A DNA stretch of 64,000 nucleotides from Balanoglossus misakiensis (GCA_040954595.2 CM082578.2:9905519-9969518), one strand, 5' to 3'. Shown: positions 13,109 through 26,418, numbered from the stretch's first letter. Notes: a model not told the origin generated them from the sequence alone. Program-made: numbers and translations.

Positions 13109-13695
13109 TGTTACGGTAGAAAAAAAACGGGAGCACACAATGGAGAATGTGGTTCAACAACAGAATATTTAATTGAACAACTAGCCTTCTAAAATCAAAA
13201 ATCGCACAAAAGAAAATGTTCACTATGTGTTTTTACCTTGCTTGGTCGAGGAGTTATTGAGTCCACAAAAGTCCTGGCCGAACTCAAGGCACAGAAGTCC
13301 GTTGCTGACCAAGTCCGTCATTCACAGAAGCCAGTTGCTCACAGAAGCCAGTTGCTCACAGAAGTCAGTTGCTCACACAAAGTCCGTTGCTCACACAAAG
13401 TCCGTTGCTCATGAAGTCGGTTGCTCACAGAAAGTCCGTTGCCCACAGAGTCCAGCCCAGCTAGGTAAATTCCTAATTCCCAAGGCGATGTGGAGCTGGA
13501 GCTACGTGCTCCTCCGAGTCAGTGTTGAGAAGTGTGCCTCGTGGTTTTTGTGAGAAGGCCTTTTACTAGTATATGGGTGACCATCTGGTTATTACTAATA
13601 TTTAAATGAACTAGTTGAAAAGGCAGGGCCCTTTGTTATGCAAAGAAAAGCTACCCCTCTCTCGACCAAGCAACTAAACAGGGTGTGTCGTAACA
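13109..13695 (-). mobile_element. Solo LTR with internal 17-18 bp minisatellite
   Basis: Termini are TGTTACG...CGTAACA with a near-perfect TSD (AGTG/GGTG). Minus-strand TATA-like element (about 13561-13567) and ATTAAA (about 13168-13173). Confidence 0.7.
13290..13452. repeat. Minisatellite, unit approximately CACAGAAGTCCGTTGCT
   Basis: About nine imperfect tandem copies inside the solo LTR. Confidence 0.9.
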
Positions 13696-16060
13696 GGTGC
13701 AACCCGCGTTATAGCGAATATAGCACTTCGACCTTCATGCATGAAGATATGAATACGCCCCCTAACGACAACCCTCAACATCGTTTGTTTTTACGTCGAT
13801 TTCCGGACCAGACGTGGGAGTATACCAGTATTTGACGCTGGTCCATACATGTACATGTATATTACATTCACCCTGATTGAGGTCTTGACCGTCCCATCCC
13901 CATGAAGCCACTTGCTCGTTGCACCACAGACAAAGAGAAAAGACAGACTCGCAACATTACGACTTCAATTTCTTTTTCCACCTTTCGTTCATTCAGAGTT
14001 TGAGGCTGGTAGGCTAAGATTTCAGATACTCTGTCATGTAGTGCACGTCATGTGGTTTTTAAGCAAGTGGCAGGATATGCCGTATGGCGCACTGAATTTT
14101 TGCACGGATCTCTAGCGCTTCATCCTGGGATACCTAACTATGTCAGACATCTGGACACCACGCACGTAAACATAGCAGGACCCACTGCTGTTATTAAAAC
14201 CTCGCCAACATCATTTAGGACGTGTCGCGGAAGTTTTGGAACACTCTAACTAATATGCGAGTCGTGCGCAGCAGTGTGAATTAAGGATGCTGTCTAGGGC
14301 AATGTTATTGTAAATCTTTTCGTTGCGTTAGTACACGCTGATTTGGAACGGTTTTCCAAAAAGGGCGTTGACAAGAAGGGTAGGACCGAATGGTACCATT
14401 ACTGTGGAGGGTATTAGAGTCAGCATTTCCAAATTTCCGTAGCGTTCAGTGCGACACACTGAGTCATAATTGACGTTGACACTGAACAACAAGTTTTCAA
14501 ATGTGCTGGGTATTATGTGTTGAGAATGTGTGTTTGCACCCGTACGAATACCATGTATGTAAATAATAGGGGGCCAATTGTCTACAATTCTCATCGAATG
14601 TAACGCATGTATGATTAACACACAGTAACAGGTATTGGAAATGGCAAACCGTTATATTACACAATTATATATTATAAATGTCAAAACTAAAATGTATTTG
14701 CACTGCTGTATGCGAATGCTGTTTACTTCAGAACATGTTTACGAAGACTTATTGGCGTACCAGGCAAGCCTTGTACTTGGCATTCGCTTAGACGATGATC
14801 CTTGCATGAATGCTTGAATCGTGAGGCACCCAGATCACGATTCATTTCGTGTACTAAAACAGGGTGTACACACTTTGACGTACTTTTTGGAAGATACATC
14901 GTCACTGCATGGTATCAATGCCCTCAAATGTTGGCACGTTCATCTCCACAAGGGCAAGTACACTTGACCTCGCTGCCTATGTGTCGACCAAAACGTGCAA
15001 ACCGGTATGTATGGGAGGATGTCGGGGCAGGTAGACCCATGATAGTTGTCATCTGTCCGTTTGACCCAATTGTCCCAATTTCGGTCCCACTTCTATATCA
15101 AGGAGAACATGCCGACTTTGAAGGAAGTTACTTTATATGTTAAAAAGAATGGATGTGAATAGATATAACAATGTCTTATTTTAGGTTTACGTATACAGCA
15201 GTCGTTAGCCAGCGTTGGCTAATAAACTAACGGGAGGGGGGAGAATCAGGTGGTCACCACATTTGTTTTAATGAAACTAGTTTTACGAGAAAGTTATTTC
15301 ACCCAATATTGAATTCTACACCAAGCTTAATTACAATTCGTCGATTTCCGAATTTTTATTAAAATGCAAGTGATGAAAATCCCACTTGCCGGATATTAGC
15401 AGTGGAATACAGCGTCCTGATGAATATGTTCAAAAAGTCACCTGGTTGGCAGATTTACTTTAATCGAATTTATTTTCGAAGAAATATCTCCGCTTGCTGT
15501 AATCACCCTTTCTATTGGGTTAGATTGTGACGCCTTGTTATAAAATTATAAATTATCTCCGGAACGCGTAGGCTGCATGTGTCAGAGGCGGGGGACAGTG
15601 CATGTGTACCGTCACGGAAACATTAGTTTGTTATCAAGAATTCAGATACTAGTACTCAACGGTTCAATGCTCAAAGCAAAGGTGACACCCCCGTTTGGAA
15701 TATATTCCATAAATAGCAGTGTTCTCACTTAAGTACCAATCGTCTGAGAAAAACAGTTTGGTTGGCACTACTTTATAAGGTAAGTTATGACACTGCAATG
15801 CGAACCGATATGTTTCTGTGGGTCTTTTTCGTTCTTTTTCGTATATGCCTGGCTATGCAACGACTTTCAAAATCGCCTCTATCGTTTCCGAACGATTTGA
15901 AATAGTTCACTTCTCCTTCTATGTAAAGTGTATACCACAAATTGCCTTCCCGCAATTTCGTTGATTTTTTGTTCGAAGTCCGTTCACTTTTGAAAAGGGG
16001 ATTCAAGTGAAAGAGATCGCCCATTTTATTCTTGACTTCACAGACACGATCGTCGCAAAA

Positions 16061-17656
16061 ATGGATCTGAAAATAGCCCTCCTCTTCTTGCTTGGTGCAG
16101 TTTACGTCACGGGAAAGGTGAGTTTATCTTTGTATCTGTGTATTTGATATCTTTGTCGATACATCCCAGCTATACAAACTATCACACTATCATCACTTCA
16201 GCTAGATTACTGCTACATGTATATACCGATCACTGTTTGTGCCTTCTTTAGTAATAAATGTTTGTTCTATTCCTTTCTATGACATCTTGGCTCCAGGAAT
16301 GTGTTGGTAAGTATCACACGGATTCATAGTTTATACTTCACCAGTTGGTTTCATCAAATTTTATGCAGACATTCTAGATGTCTCATACCAATACTGTCGT
16401 GGCGCTCACCGCACCATCGACTATCGTCAACATACACAAATTATTGGATTTCATTTCGCTCAGACAGTACATTTCCTTCTTCGACAGATTCCTTCTGTTT
16501 CTGTAAGAAATTCGAAGTGCATTGTGAAATGCCCGCGGACGCCAACACCGGTGACTTGACGTACCAGGAATTTGCGGCAGCTCAGTGTGCCGAACGCGGC
16601 GGCCGTCTGGCCAACCTGGCCGACGAAGAGGTCGACACCGCGCTGAGAACGTTCATCCAGAACAAGGGTCTCGGTGGTTCTCCCTGCATTCAAAACTTCG
16701 GGTTCTTCTTCGGTCTGAACGACATCGACGTGGAGGGGACGCACGTATGGAGCAACGGTAACCCGTTGTGTCCAGGCAGTTACACCAACTGGGCTCCCCA
16801 TGAGCCGAACAACAACACCAAACGTGACCCCGAGGGACAGGACTGTTCTCAGCTTTGGTAAGCTTCCGCTACACGAATTTTCTAGCAGCAAATAAAGCCA
16901 ACACAGGCATGTCTATGTCGATAAAACAGGGTGGCATGCATGCATACCGTATCGAATCGTCCTTATGTGAAGTGTTACTATTTGCTCCGAATAAGACCCG
17001 AGTAATTTCATCGATATGATGCATGTGGAATGTCTGTTGCATTTGTATTTTGAAAGTCCTTGCTTTGGCCTTATCATTACGACTGGGCTTATTTAAGGCT
17101 TGTTCCATGTTCTCGTGCTCGCTACAAAATATTAATGATTATCACGACAACTTTAATTACCGATCGGCTGTTGTACGTTACTATTAGGTACAGATTCGGT
17201 TATGATGGCCTGTGGGATGATGAGTACTGCAATGCTAGACCCAAAGGATACATCTGTGAGATTTCGAGTAAGTATAAATTTATTATGATTAAGAAACACC
17301 CCAGTCTGTATATGCACAAACTAGAGACGTAAGTTAGAATGTTATCATACATGCATAAGCGATATAAAATCCAAAACGATATACAACCATTGAATATAAT
17401 TGAATTAATGAAGCTGTATGGTATCATAAGTATTCCGTATTATCTGTAGTTAGATTTTCGAATTTGAAAATGTACACGTTAAACACAGTCGCACATTGTA
17501 TACATGTATCTACCTACCAACCCTAACAACCACCCCAAACAGAGAAACAAAAACAACTAAACAACCACTCAAAACAAGCAAACAAACAAAAAACAAACAA
17601 ACAAACAAGCAAACACAGAAAGACTGACAAACAAACAAACAAACAAACAAACAGGC

Positions 17657-17713
<57 letters not shown>

Positions 17714-17793
17714 CTATACTAGGTCCCAATGTTGGCATTAAACGATAACTATTTAATCTTGCAGGCAATTGCTGTTGCAGTAAAGCTCCATAA
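16061..17793 (+). CDS. Secreted C-type lectin 2 (exons 16061-16117, 16297-16306, 16488-16857, 17188-17267, 17765-17793)
   Basis: Signal peptide MDLKIALLFLLGAVYVTGK, a 10-nt microexon (ECV), and a CTLD with CAERGGRLA, FFGLND..EGTHVW, HEPNN, QDCSQLW, WDDEYC and GYICE. The protein ends SNCCCSKAP*. It is a paralog of lectin 1 with the same exon structure. Confidence 0.9.
17535..17712. repeat. (AAAC)n + (AGAC)n compound microsatellite
   Basis: Read directly from the sequence; lies in the last intron of lectin 2. Confidence 0.92.
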
Positions 17794-18104
17794 GTACTGA
17801 CCATGCATGTGGAGTACCGAAACCGATGGAAATTTCAACTACCGAAATGTTTTGTGAATCCTTTCCTGGATTAACTTACTTTTGAATTAATGAGATGTAA
17901 AATTATCAATGTAATTTTGTGTTCGAACAAACGTACTATTCTAACAAAACATTCATGTTGTTTGCTGGAATGTTCTTCTCAAGCGTGTATTATTTACAAT
18001 TAAAGAAATGAAGTACACAAGTAAATGAGACTTTATTACTCAGCACGCATGATCTTCATTTAGCAATTTTTGCAAACACAAAGCAGACAGTCACTTGTTG
18101 GATA

Positions 18105-20686
18105 TTACAATCGCTGTTCTTCTGCCGTTTGCGTTGATTCGGCCTTCTGTAATATGCAAATAGATGGGCAAAATTCTTGATCATACATGTACATGTAATG
18201 TCGCCCAGCTAAATACAGTATTAAGTCAACAAGAAACATGCCGGTATCGTTCAACATACATGTATTGTAAGATAAACACATACCATTTCTTTTTCATTGA
18301 AGCAAATCTTCTCGTTGGATGTGGATACATCTTTTTCATATTTCCAATCGTTGGGTAGGATGCAGCAGCATGTTTTATCAACCAGTGGTGACATCAGTGA
18401 AGGCTTGATGGTGGGAGGATCAATGCATCCTGTATAATAGTAAAGCAGTGTTGAATCACCACGTTAAATAAACTAAAGCTTTTGTCTTGCCTGAGCTTCA
18501 AAGAACACGTGAATGGCATCGGATTTCCCCCTCTTCACCAATTACTTCAATGTCATATACATCAAACTGCCACCATGCTTTATGTTAATCATCCTGCAGC
18601 CTGCAGGATGTTCCGGTTCTTAATCAAGTCGTGGATGTCGTGTAGAAAATGTGTGCAAGCAAGCAGCATAGACACCTCTATGGTCAACTCTGTTTTTAAA
18701 AACACACAGATGCTTCCTTACCGGTGAGCCAACTGATCAGCAGACCAACAACCAGTGTCACCGTCAGTTCCAATGGACTGTACCACAAGTACGACATATT
18801 CAGGAACCTGGCAAATCCCAACCTTCATGTACACAATGAAGAATGTTAACTTACAGTCGTGAAAAATGGCGATTCTCTGTTATACCTTCACTACTTCTTT
18901 ATTTAAATGAATGATTATTGGTGTAGGATGGATGAAAATGATACCACGTAAAACTAGTTTACTTACTCAACATCAGATAGTTCACTCAAAGTTGCGGTTG
19001 TCGTCAGCATCATCATCGTCGAATCACCGGCGTACGTTGGTGTGATGTCCGTGGCGTTCATCGTCATATTCAGAGCCAAACACCCAGCTGTCGATGTGGG
19101 AAAACGGGGCCATGACGGTGGATAATAGAACTTTCCCACGGTTATCACCAAGGCGACCGATATCCCAGAGAGTGATCCAGTAATGGCTCCCTTGATATAA
19201 AAAATGGAGATCTCGATCAGTACATAGATCAATAAGCCAGTCAGTCAGTCAACAATCAATTAATCAATAAACCAATCAATCAATCATAAATAAGTTATGG
19301 GTCGGCGTGTGTAAACCTGCGGTATTGGCCCAAGAAGCATCAATCGGTTAGAGAACTATTGGAATACTGAAACATACCTAACTGTCGCAGGTATGTCCCT
19401 TTAATATGTTTTATTGCAACATTTACGTGCTTTCTGCAGGACACTACAAGCTTCCACATTTGAAACCGCAATGATTGTATTCTGTACTAAACATCAGCTA
19501 AAAGGAAACTTACGGTGCTGTTAGCGAATGGGAAGAACAGTCCCATTATGAACATCCCTAACACGGGAGCCAGTATCAGGTTTCCAAGGGAAATGGCAAG
19601 CTGCAACACCAGACCCATGTTGGATACAAGGAGAACCAGGAGCACAGCTATTGCACCGTATACAGCACCTGGAATTGCCAATTAAGAAAAGACAATGCTT
19701 ATACTTCGAGCAATGTTTGAAGAATCACCTCACCAGTCAGGGTTTTCACCACCAACTACATGTCTATCACACCCTGAACGTTAAACTTGCAGTGCACATG
19801 TTATGCTACTCAAGAAGGCAAGGTTAAGGCGACGCACTGGCTGAATATCTCATGCTTTGCAACCCAGTGGGCACATGTGATAAAACTTACATAGAACCTT
19901 CAGAATCAACGTGAGGTGACTCTCGGAGAGACCAGTAGTACATTTGGACGGTTTGATAAAATCTTGTAGAGTGACAGCAGCCAGCGAATTTAACCCAGAC
20001 GACAGTGTGCTGCAAAAAATAACACATCGACGAGAGTTATTCTTTTTAACAACTTTCATATTTCATTCTTGCAAGAGATACCGTGAGATACTGTACTTAT
20101 ATAATGTGGTGTGGTGTGGTGTGCCGGGAAGACAGTAAAAGTGTTACCTTAATGCACCACTGAAAGTTGCAGAGATGAACAATCCGCCAAAACCTGGTAG
20201 GTGAGAGAACTTGTCCAATATGAAATAGACCATCCTCTGTGAATGAAAAAAATGGCATTTCGAGTTACTCAATCGGTGTAGTATGATTTTTGGGGGGAAC
20301 TAGCACATGCTTTGCTGGTGACCAGGGTGTAATTGCAAAAGATTTTATAGTTGGGTTGTTTACACAAATCTGTTGAAATTAAAGGCTCTGCTGGAGAGAT
20401 TTTCATTCTTAGGTCAACTTGGGCCAACTTTACCCTTTGTTTTCAAATAAGGTAGTGCGGTGGTTTCTGGGGCGATAAAGTGGCATACATGGAAGAAATG
20501 ACTATGGCTGCTGACAGCAACCCTTCCGAAGTATTCATGGAGACAAACAAACAAACAAACAAACAAACAAACAAACAAACAAACAAACAAACAAACAAAC
20601 AAACAAACAAACAAACAAACAAACAAACAAACAAACAAACAAACAAACAAACAAACAAACAAACAAACAAACAAACAAACAAACAA

Positions 20687-20745
<59 letters not shown>

Positions 20746-22955
20746 AAATCAATCACCTGATCTGGAAACTTTATATATCCAGCCGTCAGCGGATCACAAT
20801 CTGCATAGGTAGCATACATGACAATTCCACAAAAACACGCCAGGGATATTATAATTAACAATATTGCCGAACCCGTGTACATAGCCCTGTATGAAGATTG
20901 GTAAAACAATGTCAGAAATTATGTACAATCAAGAATTTGAGTTCATATCATTTAATGAATCTGACCAGTAGCATTAAGGAAAAATCAATACCTATACAAA
21001 GTGTGTATTTCAAGCATTTGAAGTAGAAAAGCAAAGAACTTACTTTTGGGCTTCTCTTACACTCTTACAGCTCAGGAAGCGCTGAGCTGTTGCTTGGCTG
21101 ACCGAAAACGTGGGGAAAACGCCAAGTGTATAACCTATAAATATCGTCCATATTGTGTGACGCACGGTTGGGTCCAAGCTCCAGCTAAAATCAAAATTTA
21201 CCATTAGGAGGATAGAATTGAATAGAAGTAATTGGGCTTCCATTCTTCATAAAATACAAGGTATACCAGTTACCACATCGTCCATTGACTACTGACATCA
21301 TACCCGTAGCCGTGTGACGTATAATTTTACATGATAAGAATTAAAAAAATCAATCACAAGCGTGATATACTATGTGTGGTATCAGGAGTCTTACTCTGCA
21401 AAGTAGATTCGGCCACTGTCTTCAGCGATCTGCCAAGCCACCTGTCCACCCCCGAGATCCATGCAGCCCTGTATAATCACCGCCAATACTCCCGAAAACA
21501 TGATCAAAGCTTGGAGAACATCAGTCCAGACAACAGCCTTCATACCACCCTGTAAAATAATATTCCATTTGAAGAGTGTGAACAAAAACTTAGAAGGAAT
21601 AAACCTTCTTTTCTTCAAGAAAAATCTAAATTGGTAGTGTTAGTATAGTTTTTCTGTTGTTTTTTTGCTTATTTAATTAAATATTTTGATCGATCGCTCA
21701 AACTACAGCTACGATATACACATTGAATCGCATGGAAATTTTTGGCTAACGTACCATAGCCGTTTAAACGAAGGTAACTTCTTTCGTATACATATACATA
21801 TACAGACTTATTTTTCTTTCTCGAATGACAACAGTTTATGATGTGATTAGTAAAGTGATTGGATTGCGCCCACTGTCACCCTCAAGGCATACAATATTTC
21901 CTGTGTTGCCTGATGAAATGTCGACATAAAAGTATATGTTCTTTAGAATTGCACCTACCACAGCCGTGTAGAACGTGCAGACAGCACCAACAGTGACCAC
22001 TGATACCCAAACATTTAGACCCGAGACCGCACTCAGAGCTAGTGATGGCGCGTAAACAGCCACGGAGAGGTAGAACGTCTGAAAACGAGTGTATGAGATT
22101 TATTCTTCTACAATGGAAACAACGGGACACGAACTCACATCTGATGTGCAAATTGTACACATGACATGTTACATTCATGTTCAGGACAGAAATCTCTAAA
22201 ATGAGAGTTTTTCCCCAAAATTCTATTGCCTGCAAACAACATGATGATGCAAGATGCATATCTAAGAATCCTCCAGATAATACTGTTTGATGGTTGAGTG
22301 TCCCGGATGTTAAAATTCTGGTCAGGCGTTTTAAGAATTCTCATAACCATGCGGTGGTCCAGGTACAAAGTTGTGATTGCTAATTTTTCAAGGTGCCTGT
22401 GTGTTAAATGTATATACTTTACCTTGTACAGAATGTAGAGGGCAGTACAGAGCATTCTCGCACCATTGTTGAAACGAAGTTGCAAATACTATAGGGGAAA
22501 ACAATATTGAAATAGGTAAGCATACAGAAAGTGATTTGACATTGTGTTTGCATTTAGTCCGGCGTTTTGAGTCGTTCTGGTGTATGTAGACAGAAATATA
22601 ACAGGCGGCCTACCTCGAAAATGCTTGTAATACCGAGCTTGTAGAAGACGGGCAGAAAGAAGTGCGCAGCGACTGGGACACTGAAAAAGTATGTCCATAT
22701 TGTCATCCAGTATATCCAACCATAGGTAAACACTTCGGACGGCATGCCGAGTATCGTTATGGCTGAAACGAAACTCGCCATCAGAGAGAAGGAAACTGGC
22801 ACGAAGCTCATCTGGCGGTCGGCGAGAAGGTATTCCTTGGTTGTTTTCTGCTTCTTTCCAAAACATCCATAGTACAGCCCTATGACGATAGATAGCAGAA
22901 GAACCAACCCAAATACCACATAGTCCACCACCTGAAATCCAAGTATGCCGTCCAT
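18105..22955 (-). CDS. SLC5 sodium:solute symporter, SMCT (SLC5A8/12)/SMVT/NIS-like, about 13 coding exons
   Basis: Exons translate to MDGILGFQVVDYVVFGLVLLLSIVIGLYY, EYLLADRQM..VPVSFSLMASFVSAITILGMPSE, YLQLRFN, YAPSLAL, GGMKAVVWTDVLQ, QRFLSCKS, YADCDPL, PGFGGLFISATFSGALSTLSSGLNSLAAV and NMSYLWYSP, ending KAESTQTAEEQRL*. Confidence 0.93.
20543..20747. repeat. (AAAC)n followed by (AAAT)n long compound microsatellite
   Basis: Read directly from the sequence; intronic, next to an SLC5 donor site. Confidence 0.97.
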
Positions 22956-23942
22956 CTTCACCCTTCCTTCCTGTACTACAAAACAGTGAATCGGCTGTCA
23001 ACAATATCACATGATTGGTCTGAACTGCGGCATATGGGTGCATGGCTACCGTTTCCAGGACGGTTTTACAGTTTCTTAGGTACCCCTGTAATTGTATATG
23101 CAGTGGCGAAACTTTACAACAAGGTGTCGCATTGTTTGCTACCATAACGCTTCCAACCCTGACCTCACTCTAAACCCTTGGGCAGTGACCCAGTTCACCG
23201 CGGCGTTGTATTGTTAGATTCAAAGTGAAATCACTTCGTTGCCCTCAACCTAAATACCAAGGGCAACCTTCTGTCGGTGTCTGTACAACACTGACAACGT
23301 CGATAATGATGTGTGAATACTGTCACGTATAAGTCTATATACGTTTTATGTCCCCAGTCTAAATGCCCGTTGCGTTCGTATGTGATACACAACGCAAGAC
23401 AACTGAAGTACATGAAACATAGCGAATATATGTACATGTGTAAACATTGCGTTTATATTGCTGTAGTTTTTTACTTAGTTTATCCGAGGTCAAAAGTTAA
23501 CATTTTATTGTATTTGTAGACATTATACCAGTCCATTTAGGAAAACACTGTAGAAGTTGTTGCACGGATGGTCTTGGTGTCTGTTTGCAAATACATAGCT
23601 CTAATAAATAAGACAAATACTTTCGGAAAATGTTAGACTGTGCACACAAATATGTGTTTGACACAATGCCGCAGCGGTAAACTGTGTGAATAACTCAATA
23701 ATCCTGTCCCCGACCTTTCGAACGGACTTGGGAGTGACGTGAAATGTTATAAAGTTCCACATAGCGGCGGGCAGCATATGTGTTTCTGTTTATCAGAGAT
23801 CGTGTTAGTTTTATCACCCTGACACAAAATAACTCTCCGAAATTGGCTTTTTTCATTAAAAAAATCCAACTTTCTGGTCGCAATCACATTTATACCTGCC
23901 GGAATCGCGGTAAACCGAAAAGACACAAAGTAAAAATCTTAC

Positions 23943-23998
23943 CGCTGCCTCTTCACCTGACTGAGGACTGCTGAAAGAAGGTGTTGCTAATTATATAT
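23943..23998 (-). promoter_or_regulatory. Candidate SLC5 core promoter and non-coding first exon
   Basis: Minus-strand TATATAA at about 23991-23997, followed by a short segment ending in a GTAAG donor at about 23942. Confidence 0.35.
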
Positions 23999-24466
23999 GC
24001 AAGGCAAGGGGTGAACCATTTTGCATCATGGGGGTCTGGAGGTTTGGGACTGTACAGGATTATTTGCTTATAGCGCCCGCCGAATCTTTTTGAGTTCCAC
24101 ATTTGTCGACCGTCATGATTTAAGTGCAAAATTTAAATACATCTTTTCCCCATGTCATGAGATAAAAGTTATGTTTCTAGAGTAACGCACTACCATTTTA
24201 TGAGCTCGCTTTTGTGTTTTTACTTTTGAGTCTGGGAGTCTAGAAGGGTCTGTCCCTCCACATGCTTTTGTTCTTCCTATGTTCTGATGGCTTGGCTTAC
24301 GAACCATCAATTGTGCTGTGATTTCGATTTGCATCGAACTGATTGTTGCTATCTGTATATCCCCGACGCCTGACCCCAATGCCATCAATGCACAACGTCT
24401 AAAAACTGTACACTTCTTTATTCGTTTTCGCCATGCAATTGGCAGAAACTTTCACCCTTGCAATCA

Positions 24467-25030
24467 TGTTATGACAGAAAGGGCGAAGTCAGTGGTTTTC
24501 CTTTTATAAAAAGTATTTAATGGCTATTCGCTATACTAACAAAATTAAGTTGCAGGTAAAAAGGGATTCACAGGTCATAAAACAATGAATGCGAACCAAA
24601 CTGAGCAACACACACAGCACTCAGTATACTCAGCTAGGACTCCAGTCGTGAAGCACACGAGCAGCAAATGTGCAGTAAAGTCAAAGACTTCCGACGTACA
24701 GGAAAGTCTGGTTTCGGTCCGAGTGGTGTGTACTTACAACTCGAAGTCAAACAAAACAGCAGCAAAGTCTGGTTTAGGCCCGAGTGGTGTGCCTGCACTC
24801 ACAACTTCTGAAGTCCTTGAAGTCAAACAAAACAGCCTGCAAATAGTCCCAAACAGCAGCACGGAGTCCCCAGCACTGAAGTTATCGGCACAGTGTCCAG
24901 CGAAAAAATAGCAACCTGACCACATGGTAGCATGTATTTATACATGTCAATCAAATGAATATTCATCAACACCTGGTCACCCTAAACAAAAGAAATGTCA
25001 CTAGCCAGTAAAGATGACCTCATCATCACA
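24467..25030 (-). mobile_element. Degenerate solo-LTR-like element
   Basis: Termini are TGTTATGA...TCATCACA with an imperfect TSD (ATCA/AGCA). Minus-strand TATAAATA at about 24935-24942. Internal duplications (CCGAGTGGTGTG; GAAGTCAAACAAAACAGC). Shares the CACCTGGTCAC motif with the 2959-3657 element. Confidence 0.45.
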
Positions 25031-26418
25031 AGCACATCTACATAAATGTAACATGGCACGTAGTTTAGTTTTGCGAGGGCTTAGTCAAGGACTACTCAGG
25101 CGGCATGCACGTACAGCTCGATAAACGGGTCCCATCCATCTGAGTCCTGGATCAAGCAATTACGGGTGGCATGATACAATTTCGCGGCCACACAGTCCAA
25201 GTAGACCCGCATTGCTTTTGCATTGTTCCTGTAGTCCTTTGCCCCGAGCATTACAAACGGCTGAATGAATCGTGTTTGGGGGAGGGGACTCACATCTAAA
25301 TATACTAGTGTTTTGACAGTTTACCTCTTTCAATGCGGGTGTTACGATGTGCTGCGCAAGGTCACAGTGACTGGTCAGCACGATATTGACCGCTCTTTGA
25401 CATGTGCACCGTCACACACCGTCTCGGTGCTTAGCACAAAATGGCATAATTCTTGCAGCCATACTCATGTACTTTCGGTCAGTTGCAAAGACAACCCCGA
25501 ACAATCAACAAAGCACTCGAAACAGTCAAGTTCGTGAAATATAACAGCTCATACACATTCAGTGGAATAAGGGATCCCAAATGATACAAAGGTACAAGTA
25601 TTTTTAATCAAAAAAATTGTTTAACAACGATTGTTTTGCATTCTAAAGAAGCGTTAAAAATGACATACCAATATAGACAACCAAAAATATTTATACAGCG
25701 TCGAGATCATGCCGACTGAAATCCCTATAGTAGCTGCAACAGTTTTTGTCAAATTCTACACCAATTCTAGTTTCATACAAAGCTCGTCTTGCATTACGTG
25801 GCTAGCAACCCATCGTTAGGTAATTAACCAAATCTCGCGAGATCTCGCAATGGCCGGAAAACAATAACCGGTAAATCATCCACAAGAATAGGCGCAGCTG
25901 ATGTTGGGCCCAAAATCCTACACTATACTTCTTCTATCATAAATTGATAAAAAATGTATGAGCTAAAGCAAACAACTAAAGTACCTATAAACTGAAATTT
26001 GAGAAGACATGAAAGTTACGATTTCGTTTCAAAATGTTAAGTAGCGCAGTACCTTCTTCATACAGAGAATTTAACGAAGATATAAAATACTGTAACATAC
26101 ACAATGTAGGCTAATATAAAACACGATGTCAATTGGAAGTTCAGAAAATAAAAGTGATTAAACGCGATGGGAACAGGTTAGTACTGCTACAATTTAAGTT
26201 GTTATCCAATGAAGGTAATTGCATTTTAAAATATAGTACTGTAGTTGTCCCAACAGCCGCCATCTTGGCTCAATTGGTTTGATGTGCAAGTTTTTTAACG
26301 ATTCTAATATTGAAAAAATTACGTTCCCTGAATAAGCCTCTGAGTGAATTACGTGAACAAAAATGATTTTAATAAGTCATTTTGGGGTTAAATTTGTGTT
26401 TTGAACAACACGTGTATC

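Noticed and set aside
13227-13553. 108-aa ORF with KSVAH repeats, or a CRISPR-like array
   Set aside because: It is a head-to-tail minisatellite with no unique spacers, inside an LTR in eukaryotic DNA.
20414-20909. ORFs with FVCL/TNKQ repeats, and similar ones at 7882-8073 and 17523-17804
   Set aside because: These are translations of microsatellites. Only 20887-20757 is a real SLC5 exon.
22489-23145. 218-aa minus-strand ORF overlapping SLC5 exon 1
   Set aside because: It is an alternative frame of the SLC5 exon with no family signature.
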